The notes below the pieces were generated by a model. It saw only the letters and a list, made by a program, of their open reading frames with translations, was not told the origin of the DNA and did not search any database. Below are positions 37,341 to 45,980 of a DNA stretch of 50,919 nucleotides, in pieces. Source of the stretch: a virus (taxonomy: Duplodnaviria > Caudoviricetes). The translations under genes were made by a program, and so were the position numbers. Numbering within the stretch: the stretch's first letter is position 1; the number at the start of each line of letters is the position of its first letter. The stretch spans positions 1 through 50,919 of the IMG/VR virus record IMGVR_UViG_3300025168_000011. One strand, 5' to 3'.

Positions 37341-39434
37341 ATGAAGGCATCTGCGCTCGCATTTTCAAACGATAATGAAAAAGCTATTTTCTTAAAAAAC
37401 ATGGCTGAACATTGTGTTAATAATTTCACTAATCTCAAAGGGAAATTAAAACCTACCATTGACCGGATGGATAAATATTCTGCTGAGTTAGATGGTGATT
37501 TTTCACATCGTGTCAGCGGTAAAGCTACAAACTTAGACGTTAGAGGCGCTATCAATGAAAAAGTCTTTGAGCGTAGTAATTTTAGTTTATCAGTTACCCG
37601 TGGTCAGGTGAGGTATATTGTGAGTAAAACATTTGATGAGATGTTTGGTTCAAGACCATTTTTGGCTGTAAAGCCAGTTGGTTTAGGTGATAAAGAAAAA
37701 GCCAGGGATTTGCAAAAGTTTTGCGAACACAAGTTTAATGATTCACATTCCAACCTGGAACCAGCAATTAAAGATGCTACTCTATCAGCATGGGGTATGG
37801 GGTATGGTATTCTTAAAACTTCTTATCTAAGAAAGATAGAAGAGTATGATAAGGTTATCGATGTTCTTTTAGATGATGAAGGTCAACCTATTGTAGGCAA
37901 GTCAGGAAAACCAATAACTACAAACTCAGAAAATTATTTTGATGACAAGAAAGATGGTTACATTTTTGAAGACGATCCACTTCAGCGATCAATAAAAAAA
38001 CCAAACTTTTCCGATATTACTGATTCAGATTATTCAGTTAAGTATAACGGACCAGAATTAGCTTGTGTCTCCTATAAAGACTTTGTCGCTGACCCTGATG
38101 CACCTCGGCTAGAGGATTGTGATTTTATAGCGCACCACCAAGCATGGACTGTTGGTGAACTTAAGAATGAATTTGGTTTAGGAATGATTGATCCAGACAA
38201 ATATGATCAAATTCTTGATAGTGCTGGCCTTAACACAACGCCAAGTGTTGTAGACGCAGAGGATCCATTTTCTGATGGTAACACAAACTTCAGTTCCTGG
38301 GGTAAACGTAAAAACGCTAACTTTATAAATTGCGCTGAATGTTATTTTAATTATGAACGACCAGGTGAAACAGATGACGATGGCAATTATACACCAGGCA
38401 ATGTCGTTAAAATGTACGCTCTTGTAGCAATTGAAACATCCGAAATTATTTGGGCTGACTACTTAGGTAATATTACCCCTAAAGCAGAGTTACCTTTTAG
38501 TGTTGTCACTTGCGATAAAAAAAGAAACAGTTGGATTGGAGCAGGATTCCTCGAACGATTTGACCAGGAGCAACAATTTATTGATGAGTGTTTTAATCAA
38601 ATTAAAATAAGAAACGATTACGCTGCTAACCCGATTGTAGTCATAGACAGAAAAGCATTCCAGGACGGAGAAACAGGTAAAGCATTTCAGTGGGGACCAG
38701 GACTACACAAAGAACTTAAAGGTAATGCAGTGGCTTCAGAAGCCATTCAGGTAATGTCATTACCTAACCTAGAGAATGAAACACGTTCAATGATGGACAC
38801 AGTCATTCAAATGGTTACTATGGACTCAGGAGTATCAGGAGCAGCCCAGGGAGACTTTGGTGCATTGCCTCAAATGAATACAGCGACTGGTGTTAAGCAA
38901 GTTCTTGGACACGGTTCTATCTTGAATAAGATGAGCATTAGAGAGGTCCAGAGAGGAGTAGAAACAGCAATACAAAATCTTACTAAACTAATGATTCACT
39001 CAATGGACCCGGTTGAGACAATTAGGTTCTTTGAAGGTGATAATGAAATAGAGTCTATTATCGAACGAGACGACTTTTACCAACTTGATTTGGATGTGAG
39101 ATTAACGCTAACCAAGTTTCACCAGGACGAAGAAGAAAATCGACTGATGAGAGTTATGATTACAGTAGAGCGTTACCTGGCGTTGCCAATCTATTCGATG
39201 GAAAGAGCTAGACCATTATTTGTTGATCAATTAAAAATCCTTGGAATTGAAGATGCAGAAGAGGTATTACCATTAGCTCAGGAAGTAGCAATGGCAATGG
39301 CTCCTCCAGAAGCTCAACCAACTGATCAGGAACTTAACCAGGTAGAACCTGACTTGCCTGTAAATATTGCTGAAGAAGCAGAAGATGAAGCCGTAGAATT
39401 AATTGAAGAAACAGATACTGATACAGAGATATAA
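37341..39434 (+). CDS. Portal protein (P22-like podovirus type)
   Basis: 697 aa; VSYKDFVADPDA...CDFIAH, ELPF, SGVSGAAQG...TATGV motifs; acidic tail. Confidence 0.85.
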   Translation: MKASALAFSNDNEKAIFLKNMAEHCVNNFTNLKGKLKPTIDRMDKYSAELDGDFSHRVSGKATNLDVRGAINEKVFERSNFSLSVTRGQVRYIVSKTFDEMFGSRPFLAVKPVGLGDKEKARDLQKFCEHKFNDSHSNLEPAIKDATLSAWGMGYGILKTSYLRKIEEYDKVIDVLLDDEGQPIVGKSGKPITTNSENYFDDKKDGYIFEDDPLQRSIKKPNFSDITDSDYSVKYNGPELACVSYKDFVADPDAPRLEDCDFIAHHQAWTVGELKNEFGLGMIDPDKYDQILDSAGLNTTPSVVDAEDPFSDGNTNFSSWGKRKNANFINCAECYFNYERPGETDDDGNYTPGNVVKMYALVAIETSEIIWADYLGNITPKAELPFSVVTCDKKRNSWIGAGFLERFDQEQQFIDECFNQIKIRNDYAANPIVVIDRKAFQDGETGKAFQWGPGLHKELKGNAVASEAIQVMSLPNLENETRSMMDTVIQMVTMDSGVSGAAQGDFGALPQMNTATGVKQVLGHGSILNKMSIREVQRGVETAIQNLTKLMIHSMDPVETIRFFEGDNEIESIIERDDFYQLDLDVRLTLTKFHQDEEENRLMRVMITVERYLALPIYSMERARPLFVDQLKILGIEDAEEVLPLAQEVAMAMAPPEAQPTDQELNQVEPDLPVNIAEEAEDEAVELIEETDTDTEI

Positions 39435-39709
39435 TGGCTATTACAGCTGGGGAAGCAGAAAGGGCTGATCATCAGAGGGCGCACGTTCTGGGGTTAGCAG
39501 AAAGTAAAGGATACGAATGTGTTACTGACGTTTTAAACACCATGATAGAGCGTGAAAGAGAAAGAGTAGAAGCATTAACACTGGATGAAAAAGAAAATTT
39601 AATATCCAGGGCGAGACTTAGCGCACTTTTAGAAGTAGCAAGAATACCCGCAGATGTAGTTGAAAACTCTGACAAGGTTTTATCACAATGGGAAAAACGC
39701 TTTGATTAG
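39434..39709 (+). CDS. Small portal-adjacent protein (Bbp19-like)
   Basis: Helical 91 aa directly coupled to the portal gene. Confidence 0.55.
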   Translation: MAITAGEAERADHQRAHVLGLAESKGYECVTDVLNTMIERERERVEALTLDEKENLISRARLSALLEVARIPADVVENSDKVLSQWEKRFD

Positions 39710-39812
39710 TGTGTCTATGTTGAAAGGTTGATAACAAGTGAAAAAAGGTTTACGTTTCCCCAAGAAGAACAAAGGAAGGATCAAAATCTTTCCCAACCTG
39801 AAAAACAAATTT

Positions 39813-40067
39813 ATGAACATTTTATTGAACTGGGCAAGAACTAAACTCTTTGAGTTTATTGCAAGCTGGAAGACCAGCCTCGTAGGGGTAGCAATGTTGC
39901 TAGAAGCATCAGGTGGCTTACTAAGCTCAGTATTAGACTCAACAACACCATTAGAGGTCGAAAGCCTTCAAGGACGCTGGGAGCTAGTTATAGGAGCAAT
40001 AGGACTAATTATGGCGAGGGATAATACAACTCCATCTGAGAAGGTGGCTTCAGCCAAAAATAAATAA
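39813..40067 (+). CDS. Putative holin
   Basis: SWKTSLVG followed by two hydrophobic segments ending GLIMARD; upstream of the endolysin. Confidence 0.6.
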   Translation: MNILLNWARTKLFEFIASWKTSLVGVAMLLEASGGLLSSVLDSTTPLEVESLQGRWELVIGAIGLIMARDNTTPSEKVASAKNK

Positions 40068-40234
40068 TGAAATATATACTATTAGCAATCGCAATTATTG
40101 GACTGTCATCCTGTACATTTAATAAAGTACCCGTGGATTCCGTTGGTCTTATGTCAGGCGACAGAAATGTCATGGGTCTAGAAGTAGGACTTCTCGATTA
40201 TAAAGTTGGCGCAGGAGTCTGGGTCAACAAGTAA
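40067..40234 (+). CDS. Small lipoprotein, spanin candidate (not in ORF track)
   Basis: MKYILLAIAIIGLSS|C lipobox, 55 aa; TAATG coupling to the holin gene. Confidence 0.65.
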   Translation: MKYILLAIAIIGLSSCTFNKVPVDSVGLMSGDRNVMGLEVGLLDYKVGAGVWVNK

Positions 40235-40817
40235 ACAGATCACCCCGTATTCCCTCGTGTTCCGTTTCCTAAAGAAGCTGGTTGAAAAACTACGCAGAAA
40301 ATCCAAGCCTAAGACTAAGGCAACTAAAGCCAACCCTAGGCGAAGATGGACTTTTGATGCTCGCACCAAAAAGAACCTAGCAACCTTAAGGGACAGAGTC
40401 CGTCCCGCATTCACTGAGCTAAGTGAGATAGCGATGGAGATGGGTGAAAAGTATGGCATCGAAGTAAAAATGATTTGTGGCTATCGAAGCCTAGAGAAAC
40501 AAAAAGAGTTATATGCCAAAGGTCGCTTTGGTGATAAAGGATCGAAAGTCACGACAGTTAAGGTGAGTCGCCATTGCTTTGGCATCGCCGCTGATTTTGG
40601 TTGCTTCTCGAAGGGTCGTTACCTTGATGCCACCAACTCAGCTTTATCCTCAAAGATCTATGCTGAAATGTTTAAGATTGCCCAGAAAAGGAATTTACCT
40701 TTGATACACGGAGGACAATGGAGGTCTTTCCCTGACCCTCCACACTTTGAGTACAAAACTAAATTCAGTATCAAGCAAATGGCAGCTCGATCTAAAAAAG
40801 GTCAAAGCGTCGTCTAA
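40206..40817 (+). CDS. Endolysin, M15-family L-Ala-D-Glu peptidase (CwlK/Ply500-like); start uncertain
   Basis: GYRS...Q..LY.KGR, SRHCFGIAAD, GGQW..F.D.PHFE zinc-site motifs. Confidence 0.9.
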   Translation: MAQESGSTSKQITPYSLVFRFLKKLVEKLRRKSKPKTKATKANPRRRWTFDARTKKNLATLRDRVRPAFTELSEIAMEMGEKYGIEVKMICGYRSLEKQKELYAKGRFGDKGSKVTTVKVSRHCFGIAADFGCFSKGRYLDATNSALSSKIYAEMFKIAQKRNLPLIHGGQWRSFPDPPHFEYKTKFSIKQMAARSKKGQSVV

Positions 40818-41128
40818 TGCCTAACGATCCCCCACTCATGGAAGCCATTGTTGGACTGATAGCGGGTCTAGGAGCTTACTTGTCGTGGAAGGCTAAAGGT
40901 GAAGCCAGTAAAGCAAACAAAGAAGCCTCACAAGCCAATAAGGCTGTTAACGGCAACCCAGATGGAAGCCCAAGATTATATGAGATGGTAGGGACAATTA
41001 AAGAGAGGCAACGAGGGATAGATGAAAAGATAGAAGATTTAAAAGACACACAAAAAACACAAGCCCACACTCTACAAAGTCACAGCGAAAAGCTAAGACA
41101 TTTATGCGATGATAAGGAGGGTAGCTAG
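40817..41128 (+). CDS. Single-TM coiled-coil protein (holin or inner-spanin-like)
   Basis: N-terminal TM followed by a coiled coil; within the lysis cassette. Confidence 0.55.
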   Translation: MPNDPPLMEAIVGLIAGLGAYLSWKAKGEASKANKEASQANKAVNGNPDGSPRLYEMVGTIKERQRGIDEKIEDLKDTQKTQAHTLQSHSEKLRHLCDDKEGS

Positions 41129-41893
41129 ATGGCTTGGCAAACTTTTATTTGTAGTGCAGATACTCACGGTGACTTGATCGACCGTAAGGGTAAGAACAGT
41201 TATCAGAGTTACATTCTCCAGTGGATTAAAGATCACAAACCGAGGTGGAGATTTATGCTGGGTGATTTTATTGATGCCAAAGCGATTCGAGCTGGCGCAA
41301 ATGCCGAAGATCGAAGTAGCTCAATGAGAGAAGACTGTAAGGCAGCAATAGGGTTCCTCCGTGCCTTTCAACCACACAAGCTAACACTTGGCAATCACGA
41401 TCACAGGCTATGGTTATTAGCAAGATCAGAGCGTGAAGGCTTAGATGTTGATTATGCTAGGCAACTCGCCAAGCAATTTGAGAACGAGTTTGATGCCATG
41501 AAGACTGAGTGGGTAGAGTATGACATCAGAAAAGGCTGGATAGAGATAGCTCCTAAAGGCACTCACACAGGACGCAAGCTTATTAGCCACGGATACTTTT
41601 CAAACATTGCACCAGCCAGAGCAATGACCCAAGCCGCAGGAGCATCAACGCTATCAGGTCACACTCATGCTTTTGATTACTGGAGACAAAATAATTTATC
41701 TGGTGATGAAAGTTATGTGTCTGGATGTGGTTGTCAGATTGCTCAGGAGTACAACAGAACACACGCCCGAAGACTAAAGCACGAGCATTCATTTTTGGCA
41801 GGCTCACTCAACGATAAGACAGGAGCATGGGTGGTTTACAGAATATTAAAAGACGAAGAAACAAACACATGGCTAGATCCAAAAAGACTTTAG
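41129..41893 (+). CDS. Calcineurin-like metallophosphoesterase
   Basis: DTHG, GDFID, GNHD, HG, GHTH motifs. Confidence 0.92.
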   Translation: MAWQTFICSADTHGDLIDRKGKNSYQSYILQWIKDHKPRWRFMLGDFIDAKAIRAGANAEDRSSSMREDCKAAIGFLRAFQPHKLTLGNHDHRLWLLARSEREGLDVDYARQLAKQFENEFDAMKTEWVEYDIRKGWIEIAPKGTHTGRKLISHGYFSNIAPARAMTQAAGASTLSGHTHAFDYWRQNNLSGDESYVSGCGCQIAQEYNRTHARRLKHEHSFLAGSLNDKTGAWVVYRILKDEETNTWLDPKRL

Positions 41894-42102
41894 AAGATAT
41901 ACTAGATACTGCTGACAGCCTTCTTGAAGCTTTACAAGAGGAACAAGACCCCCAGCCAGAGGGTACAGTCACACCTCGTCAGTATGCAGAGCATAAAAAG
42001 CAAACCATGTCTTCCGCAGGTGAAAAACTTCTACGCCTACACAGGGCAGGAAAGATGGACAGAAGAAAATGGAGAAACACGCACATCTACTGGGAGCTAT
42101 GA
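41869..42102 (+). CDS. Small HTH-like protein
   Basis: TPRQYAE...SSA..KLLRL...GKM pattern. Confidence 0.55.
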   Translation: MARSKKTLEDILDTADSLLEALQEEQDPQPEGTVTPRQYAEHKKQTMSSAGEKLLRLHRAGKMDRRKWRNTHIYWEL

Positions 42103-42434
42103 AAGACAAACTTCCACCGATCCGCCACGTTATTATTCTTGGGCAACTCTACAGGATAGAGATGACACAAGATGTAAGTGATGAAGAGCTAGGCAGATGT
42201 GAAACGACACATCAGAAACTAATGATAAACGAACGTCAGGGAGCCTGCTCAATGAGAGACACTGTTCTGCATGAGATAAGTCACGCTCTATTTTATCTAA
42301 TGAATTTAAAAGACGACTGTTCTGAAGAGGATTTTGTTAGCAGATTTTCAACAGGACTACGGTCAGTGATGATTGAAAACAAAGACTTAAGTAAATGGAT
42401 ATTCACTTCACCATATCAAGACGATGAAAACTAG
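42099..42434 (+). CDS. Small HExxH zinc metallopeptidase-like protein
   Basis: DTVLHEISHA...EEDFV. Confidence 0.75.
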   Translation: MKDKLPPIRHVIILGQLYRIEMTQDVSDEELGRCETTHQKLMINERQGACSMRDTVLHEISHALFYLMNLKDDCSEEDFVSRFSTGLRSVMIENKDLSKWIFTSPYQDDEN

Positions 42435-42648
42435 GATTCACATCAATCAGCACAAGATTAGAAACAATGTTAAGAGCGGGAAGAAAGAGCCAGTAATAAC
42501 TGTCAAGACTTACAAAACAAACGTGTACTGTCACTCAGTAAAAATCACTGAACCGTGTACCGTTTTCTACTCACCTGACAAACCTCTTTCATGTGGGGCT
42601 AGAGTTTGGATTGAAACTGAAGGTGAGGTTATCTGCGATAAATCATAA
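42424..42648 (+). CDS. Conserved phage hypothetical protein
   Basis: IHINQH.IR.N...PVITVK...PLSCGARVWIET, common in aquatic phages. Confidence 0.75.
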   Translation: MKTRIHINQHKIRNNVKSGKKEPVITVKTYKTNVYCHSVKITEPCTVFYSPDKPLSCGARVWIETEGEVICDKS

Positions 42649-42650
42649 TT

Positions 42651-42836
42651 ATGACAAATAAAACACTAGCAACAACAAACGCACTCATCATTATGTTTCC
42701 AATGTTCTTGGGAATATGTGAGGAGTTAACAGGTAAACCAATAGCTAACCCATTACTCGTGGGGGTCGCAGGGTTGTTCATGATCATCTTTGGATTCTGG
42801 ACTTGCCTAAGACTCTATAAGCAACCTGACCAGTAA
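42651..42836 (+). CDS. Small two-TM membrane protein
   Basis: Two hydrophobic helices. Confidence 0.6.
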   Translation: MTNKTLATTNALIIMFPMFLGICEELTGKPIANPLLVGVAGLFMIIFGFWTCLRLYKQPDQ

Positions 42837-42839
42837 AAT

Positions 42840-42889
42840 AAAAAGGGGTTCCCCAGACCCCAAAAAAAAGAGAGGCGCTAACCTCTCTC
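42840..42889 (-). terminator. Two tandem hairpin terminators at the junction of convergent operons
   Basis: A-run followed by GGGGT...ACCCC, then A-run followed by AGAGAGG...CCTCTCT. Confidence 0.6.
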
Positions 42890-42901
42890 CGTGAATGACA
42901 A

Positions 42902-42973
42902 TTAATCTTCGTCACAAGAACCATAAATATCTATGGGTTCATCATCATAAGGATTTTCCTCATCGATTAACAT
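42902..42973 (-). CDS. Putative 23-aa acidic micropeptide
   Basis: AAAGGAGGTG Shine-Dalgarno, then MLIDEENPYDDEPIDIYGSCDED*. Confidence 0.5.
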   Translation of the reverse strand: MLIDEENPYDDEPIDIYGSCDED

Positions 42974-42986
42974 ACACACCTCCTTT

Positions 42987-43562
42987 CTAAGCTACGAGTT
43001 TGAATTCTTCACCGTTCATTGGCAGATCCATCTGCCTGAGCCTTTTAAACTCTTGTTCTTGTATTAAGTGAGCCTGCTGTTCCTTTGCCATCTTAGCGTC
43101 AATGATTGGATTGACTAAGTCTTGCCTAAGCCAGCGGTAGATTCTTTGGAAGCCGTCACCGTGAGGTTTTCTCCATACAGATCTTTTGATTCTGTGATCA
43201 GCCTGCATGATACGGTACTGGACATGATGAGCGACCTCATGGGCTACTGTTATTAAAAGACGATCATCAACGTCTGTTACTTGCCTGTCACCGTAAACAG
43301 GATTATTTGCGAAGGCTGCATATTCTTCTTCAATGCCAGCTCCGTTTCTGTGCTGCCAATAATTTAGATTAATTTGAATTTGGCAAAGCCCACCATAAGT
43401 AGCACCCTCAAAGTTTTTATTTACAACCCTTGTTACCTTAACGGCATAATCAACATCACTGCGAGTAATGTTTAGAGGGTAATCTTTTTTCTTTAAAAGG
43501 TTCATGCACTTACGAACCCAGCTCTTGATTTTTCTTCTATCTTTTGGAGTAACTTTATTCAT
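42987..43562 (-). CDS. SprT-like zinc metalloprotease
   Basis: AHEVAHH and KPHGDGF motifs. Confidence 0.8.
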   Translation of the reverse strand: MNKVTPKDRRKIKSWVRKCMNLLKKKDYPLNITRSDVDYAVKVTRVVNKNFEGATYGGLCQIQINLNYWQHRNGAGIEEEYAAFANNPVYGDRQVTDVDDRLLITVAHEVAHHVQYRIMQADHRIKRSVWRKPHGDGFQRIYRWLRQDLVNPIIDAKMAKEQQAHLIQEQEFKRLRQMDLPMNGEEFKLVA

Positions 43563-43574
43563 TTGAGTAATTTG

Positions 43575-43603
43575 ATTGTGACACATACTGACACATGGGT
43601 CAA
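43575..43603 (-). promoter_or_regulatory. Leftward promoter with tandem TGTGTCA boxes
   Basis: Minus strand TTGACC-catgtgtcagtatgtgt-CACAAT (17-nt spacer). Confidence 0.55.
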
Positions 43604-43656
43604 TCTTTTATTGTAGACTGCTATGTATGTTATATGACTATTGAGTTATATTGAAG

Positions 43657-43932
43657 TTATGCCGCCCGCTTAACCCAGCTAGGAGGATTCTTACCGAACC
43701 AGCCGACCTTATTGATCTGTGCCTTGGTTGGTTTATTCTTAAGGACACGGTTCCTCTTTAAAGACTCCGTGAACATTGCTTCAGGCATATAAGCCCATGG
43801 TTGTTTAGTTGAAGCAGACACTTCGCCTGCTGGTGTGTAGTGGGTTATTCTGTAAGCCTTCCTACGCTTAATTAGTCGTGCCTTCCAGAACAATCCTGTC
43901 TTGTTATTTTTAAGATAAGTTATGTTCTTCAT
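43657..43932 (-). CDS. Hypothetical basic protein
   Basis: 91-aa ORF. Confidence 0.6.
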   Translation of the reverse strand: MKNITYLKNNKTGLFWKARLIKRRKAYRITHYTPAGEVSASTKQPWAYMPEAMFTESLKRNRVLKNKPTKAQINKVGWFGKNPPSWVKRAA

Positions 43933-44074
43933 GGGGGTAATATACCAAACTCATTTTTAGAGCTTGTTAGGAATCACCCGATTTGGAGAGAAATAAAAAA
44001 ATAGAAACTGCTATAACAGTCTTAAAAAAAAGTAGGAAAAAAATTTGACGCTGTTTTGAACTTTTCTAACTCTG

Positions 44075-44509
44075 TTAGTTTTTTCTTCCAAAATTACCTA
44101 ACCACCATGCAGGCTTGGAATAACTTCTGTTAGTCTCTTTGTCGTAGATAGCAGTTCTTCTTTGACCTAATTCACCAAGAAGTGTTTTGTAATAACTTTT
44201 ATGTTTAGGGTGCTTAAGTATTTGATTCCTTTTACCAAACTTATTAGGTAGATTATAAACGCTTGCGCCATGTGTTAACCAATTGCCTGCTCCTGATCTA
44301 GCTTCAGGATGCCAGACCCAAGCATCCCACGCATCACCTACTGCTACAGTTTCACCTGCTCCCCTGCCCCGTCTCCTAGGTTTTGATTTAGGATCTAGTG
44401 GGAACTCTCTTCTCGCTTTCTCACCTAACTCTGTATCATAACTGGACGATTCAGACAGAGGCTTGGTAGGATCAAATGGTCTAATCTTCTTTTTAAATTT
44501 GTGGCTCAT
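44075..44509 (-). CDS. Hypothetical basic protein
   Basis: 144-aa ORF in the operon downstream of TerL. Confidence 0.65.
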   Translation of the reverse strand: MSHKFKKKIRPFDPTKPLSESSSYDTELGEKARREFPLDPKSKPRRRGRGAGETVAVGDAWDAWVWHPEARSGAGNWLTHGASVYNLPNKFGKRNQILKHPKHKSYYKTLLGELGQRRTAIYDKETNRSYSKPAWWLGNFGRKN

Positions 44510-44597
44510 TGCTTCTTATTCCATTAGAAACAGCAAAGAATCTACAGATTAATATGCAGAATAGAATATAAAACATAGATCCAATAAGTATTAACAT
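44493..44597 (-). CDS. Putative 34-aa TM peptide (not in ORF track)
   Basis: MLILIGSMFYILFCILICRFFAVSNGIRSNEPQI*; fills the gap in the operon. Confidence 0.4.
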   Translation of the reverse strand: MLILIGSMFYILFCILICRFFAVSNGIRSNEPQI

Positions 44598-44863
44598 TTC
44601 CATCTCCTTAATGCCTTAGCTTTGCGAGTAGGTCTGCCTTTTGAATCTTTCATCGGACCTTTAACCCCACTCATCCTTGCACAGAAACTTCTTTTTCTTG
44701 CACCACCTTGTGGCTGTGGAGCCTTTAAGTTAGAACCAGTCTTACGGTTATAGTAGTCGCGACCCTTCTTGGTAAGCCCTCCCTTATCAGACTTATGTTC
44801 TTTGCGTAAAGATACACCTTTCCTCTTTTTATAAGGAGGATGCATTCTGGACTTATAACTCAT
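44591..44863 (-). CDS. DUF6321-like small basic phage protein
   Basis: GGLT.KGR..YNR.TGSNLKAP...RKRSFCARMSG...PTRKAKALRRWKC. Confidence 0.8.
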   Translation of the reverse strand: MSYKSRMHPPYKKRKGVSLRKEHKSDKGGLTKKGRDYYNRKTGSNLKAPQPQGGARKRSFCARMSGVKGPMKDSKGRPTRKAKALRRWKC

Positions 44864-45330
44864 TAGCCTTGGGGAACTTTTCCTGGTCCACCGAAGATTG
44901 CTGGCTTCTTCTGATACTTTTTCTTATTTCGTTTAATACCAAAAACTTTATTAACTCTCTTCCGCTCTTCCTTCTCTTTCTTTTTCTTATCCTTTTCTAG
45001 CAGAACATCTGTTAAACTTTTACCTTTCCTCATAGCCTTGTTTTCTTTCCTGAAGGCTTTCCCATCTTTCTTAAAAGCTTTGCTGGAGGAGTATTCTCCT
45101 GCACTTGCTTTCGCTTCTTTTGCCCAATCATATTCACCCCCACCACGATGAGGTGGCTCCTCTGTCATCCCCTCATACGGATCAGGTCTTTTTGATTCTA
45201 AGCCTTTAGGATTATTTCTACCCAAATATCCATACCTTGGCAAATTATCAGTGTACCCGTAGCTGTACTTTTTAAGAGACTCAGGTGGTCCCACTAAATC
45301 TTTAAATTTCTTTTTCTTTTTAGTATCCAT
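44863..45330 (-). CDS. Lysine-rich hypothetical protein (paralog A)
   Basis: KFKDLVGPPE and PRYG....NNPK motifs shared with the adjacent gene. Confidence 0.7.
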   Translation of the reverse strand: MDTKKKKKFKDLVGPPESLKKYSYGYTDNLPRYGYLGRNNPKGLESKRPDPYEGMTEEPPHRGGGEYDWAKEAKASAGEYSSSKAFKKDGKAFRKENKAMRKGKSLTDVLLEKDKKKKEKEERKRVNKVFGIKRNKKKYQKKPAIFGGPGKVPQG

Positions 45331-45332
45331 AA

Positions 45333-45758
45333 CTATGATCTTTTTTCTTTTTGATTACCGTAAAACTTACCCATGTCTATTTGCTTGCGACCTGTTTCCT
45401 TACGAATCTTATTTTGTTTGGCTCCAAACTTTCCTAAAGTAGTATTTGTGCCTAAAGGTTTTTTACTCTGCCTTTCTTTACGAGCTTTCATTTGCGCCTC
45501 ATAACGCTTTTGCGCTTCAGTCTTTGCCTTCTTTTTGGCAACTGGTTTTTTCCTAGCAACAGTTTTTTTCTTAGTAGTTTGTTTAGGGTTATTAGTTCCC
45601 CCTGCCCCGTAACGAGGTGTACCATCCTGATTACGAACTGGAAGGCTTTCCTCCATAAGTTGTCCCCTCCGTGTATCAATTCTCTTGAAAGTCGCCCTAA
45701 GTTGTCTTTGAGGCTCAGGTGGTCCCATTAAGTCTTTAAATTTATCTTTCTTGTCCAT
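45333..45758 (-). CDS. Lysine-rich hypothetical protein (paralog B)
   Basis: KFKDLMGPPE and PRYG....NNPK motifs. Confidence 0.7.
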   Translation of the reverse strand: MDKKDKFKDLMGPPEPQRQLRATFKRIDTRRGQLMEESLPVRNQDGTPRYGAGGTNNPKQTTKKKTVARKKPVAKKKAKTEAQKRYEAQMKARKERQSKKPLGTNTTLGKFGAKQNKIRKETGRKQIDMGKFYGNQKEKRS

Positions 45759-45760
45759 AA

Positions 45761-45940
45761 TTAATAAGGTCTAATTGTGCTTTTGAATTTATTGCCCCTA
45801 CGTCTGCGAGGTCTTTTCTTTGCGGTTTTTTCTGAATTAATAAAATCCTGATCTGAAGGCGCACCTTTCTCCCCTTTTTTCCTCATGCGCTCACCTCGCT
45901 TACGCTTGGCATGAATGTTTGCATATAGACCTTTTTTCAT
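45761..45940 (-). CDS. Conserved small basic phage protein, 59 aa (not in ORF track)
   Basis: MKKGLYANIHAKRKRGERMRKKGEKGAP...KTAK, a pattern common in aquatic phages. Confidence 0.75.
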   Translation of the reverse strand: MKKGLYANIHAKRKRGERMRKKGEKGAPSDQDFINSEKTAKKRPRRRRGNKFKSTIRPY

Positions 45941-45980
45941 AATAAAATCAGATCCCTAGTGTCTATGATAGAAGATAGAC

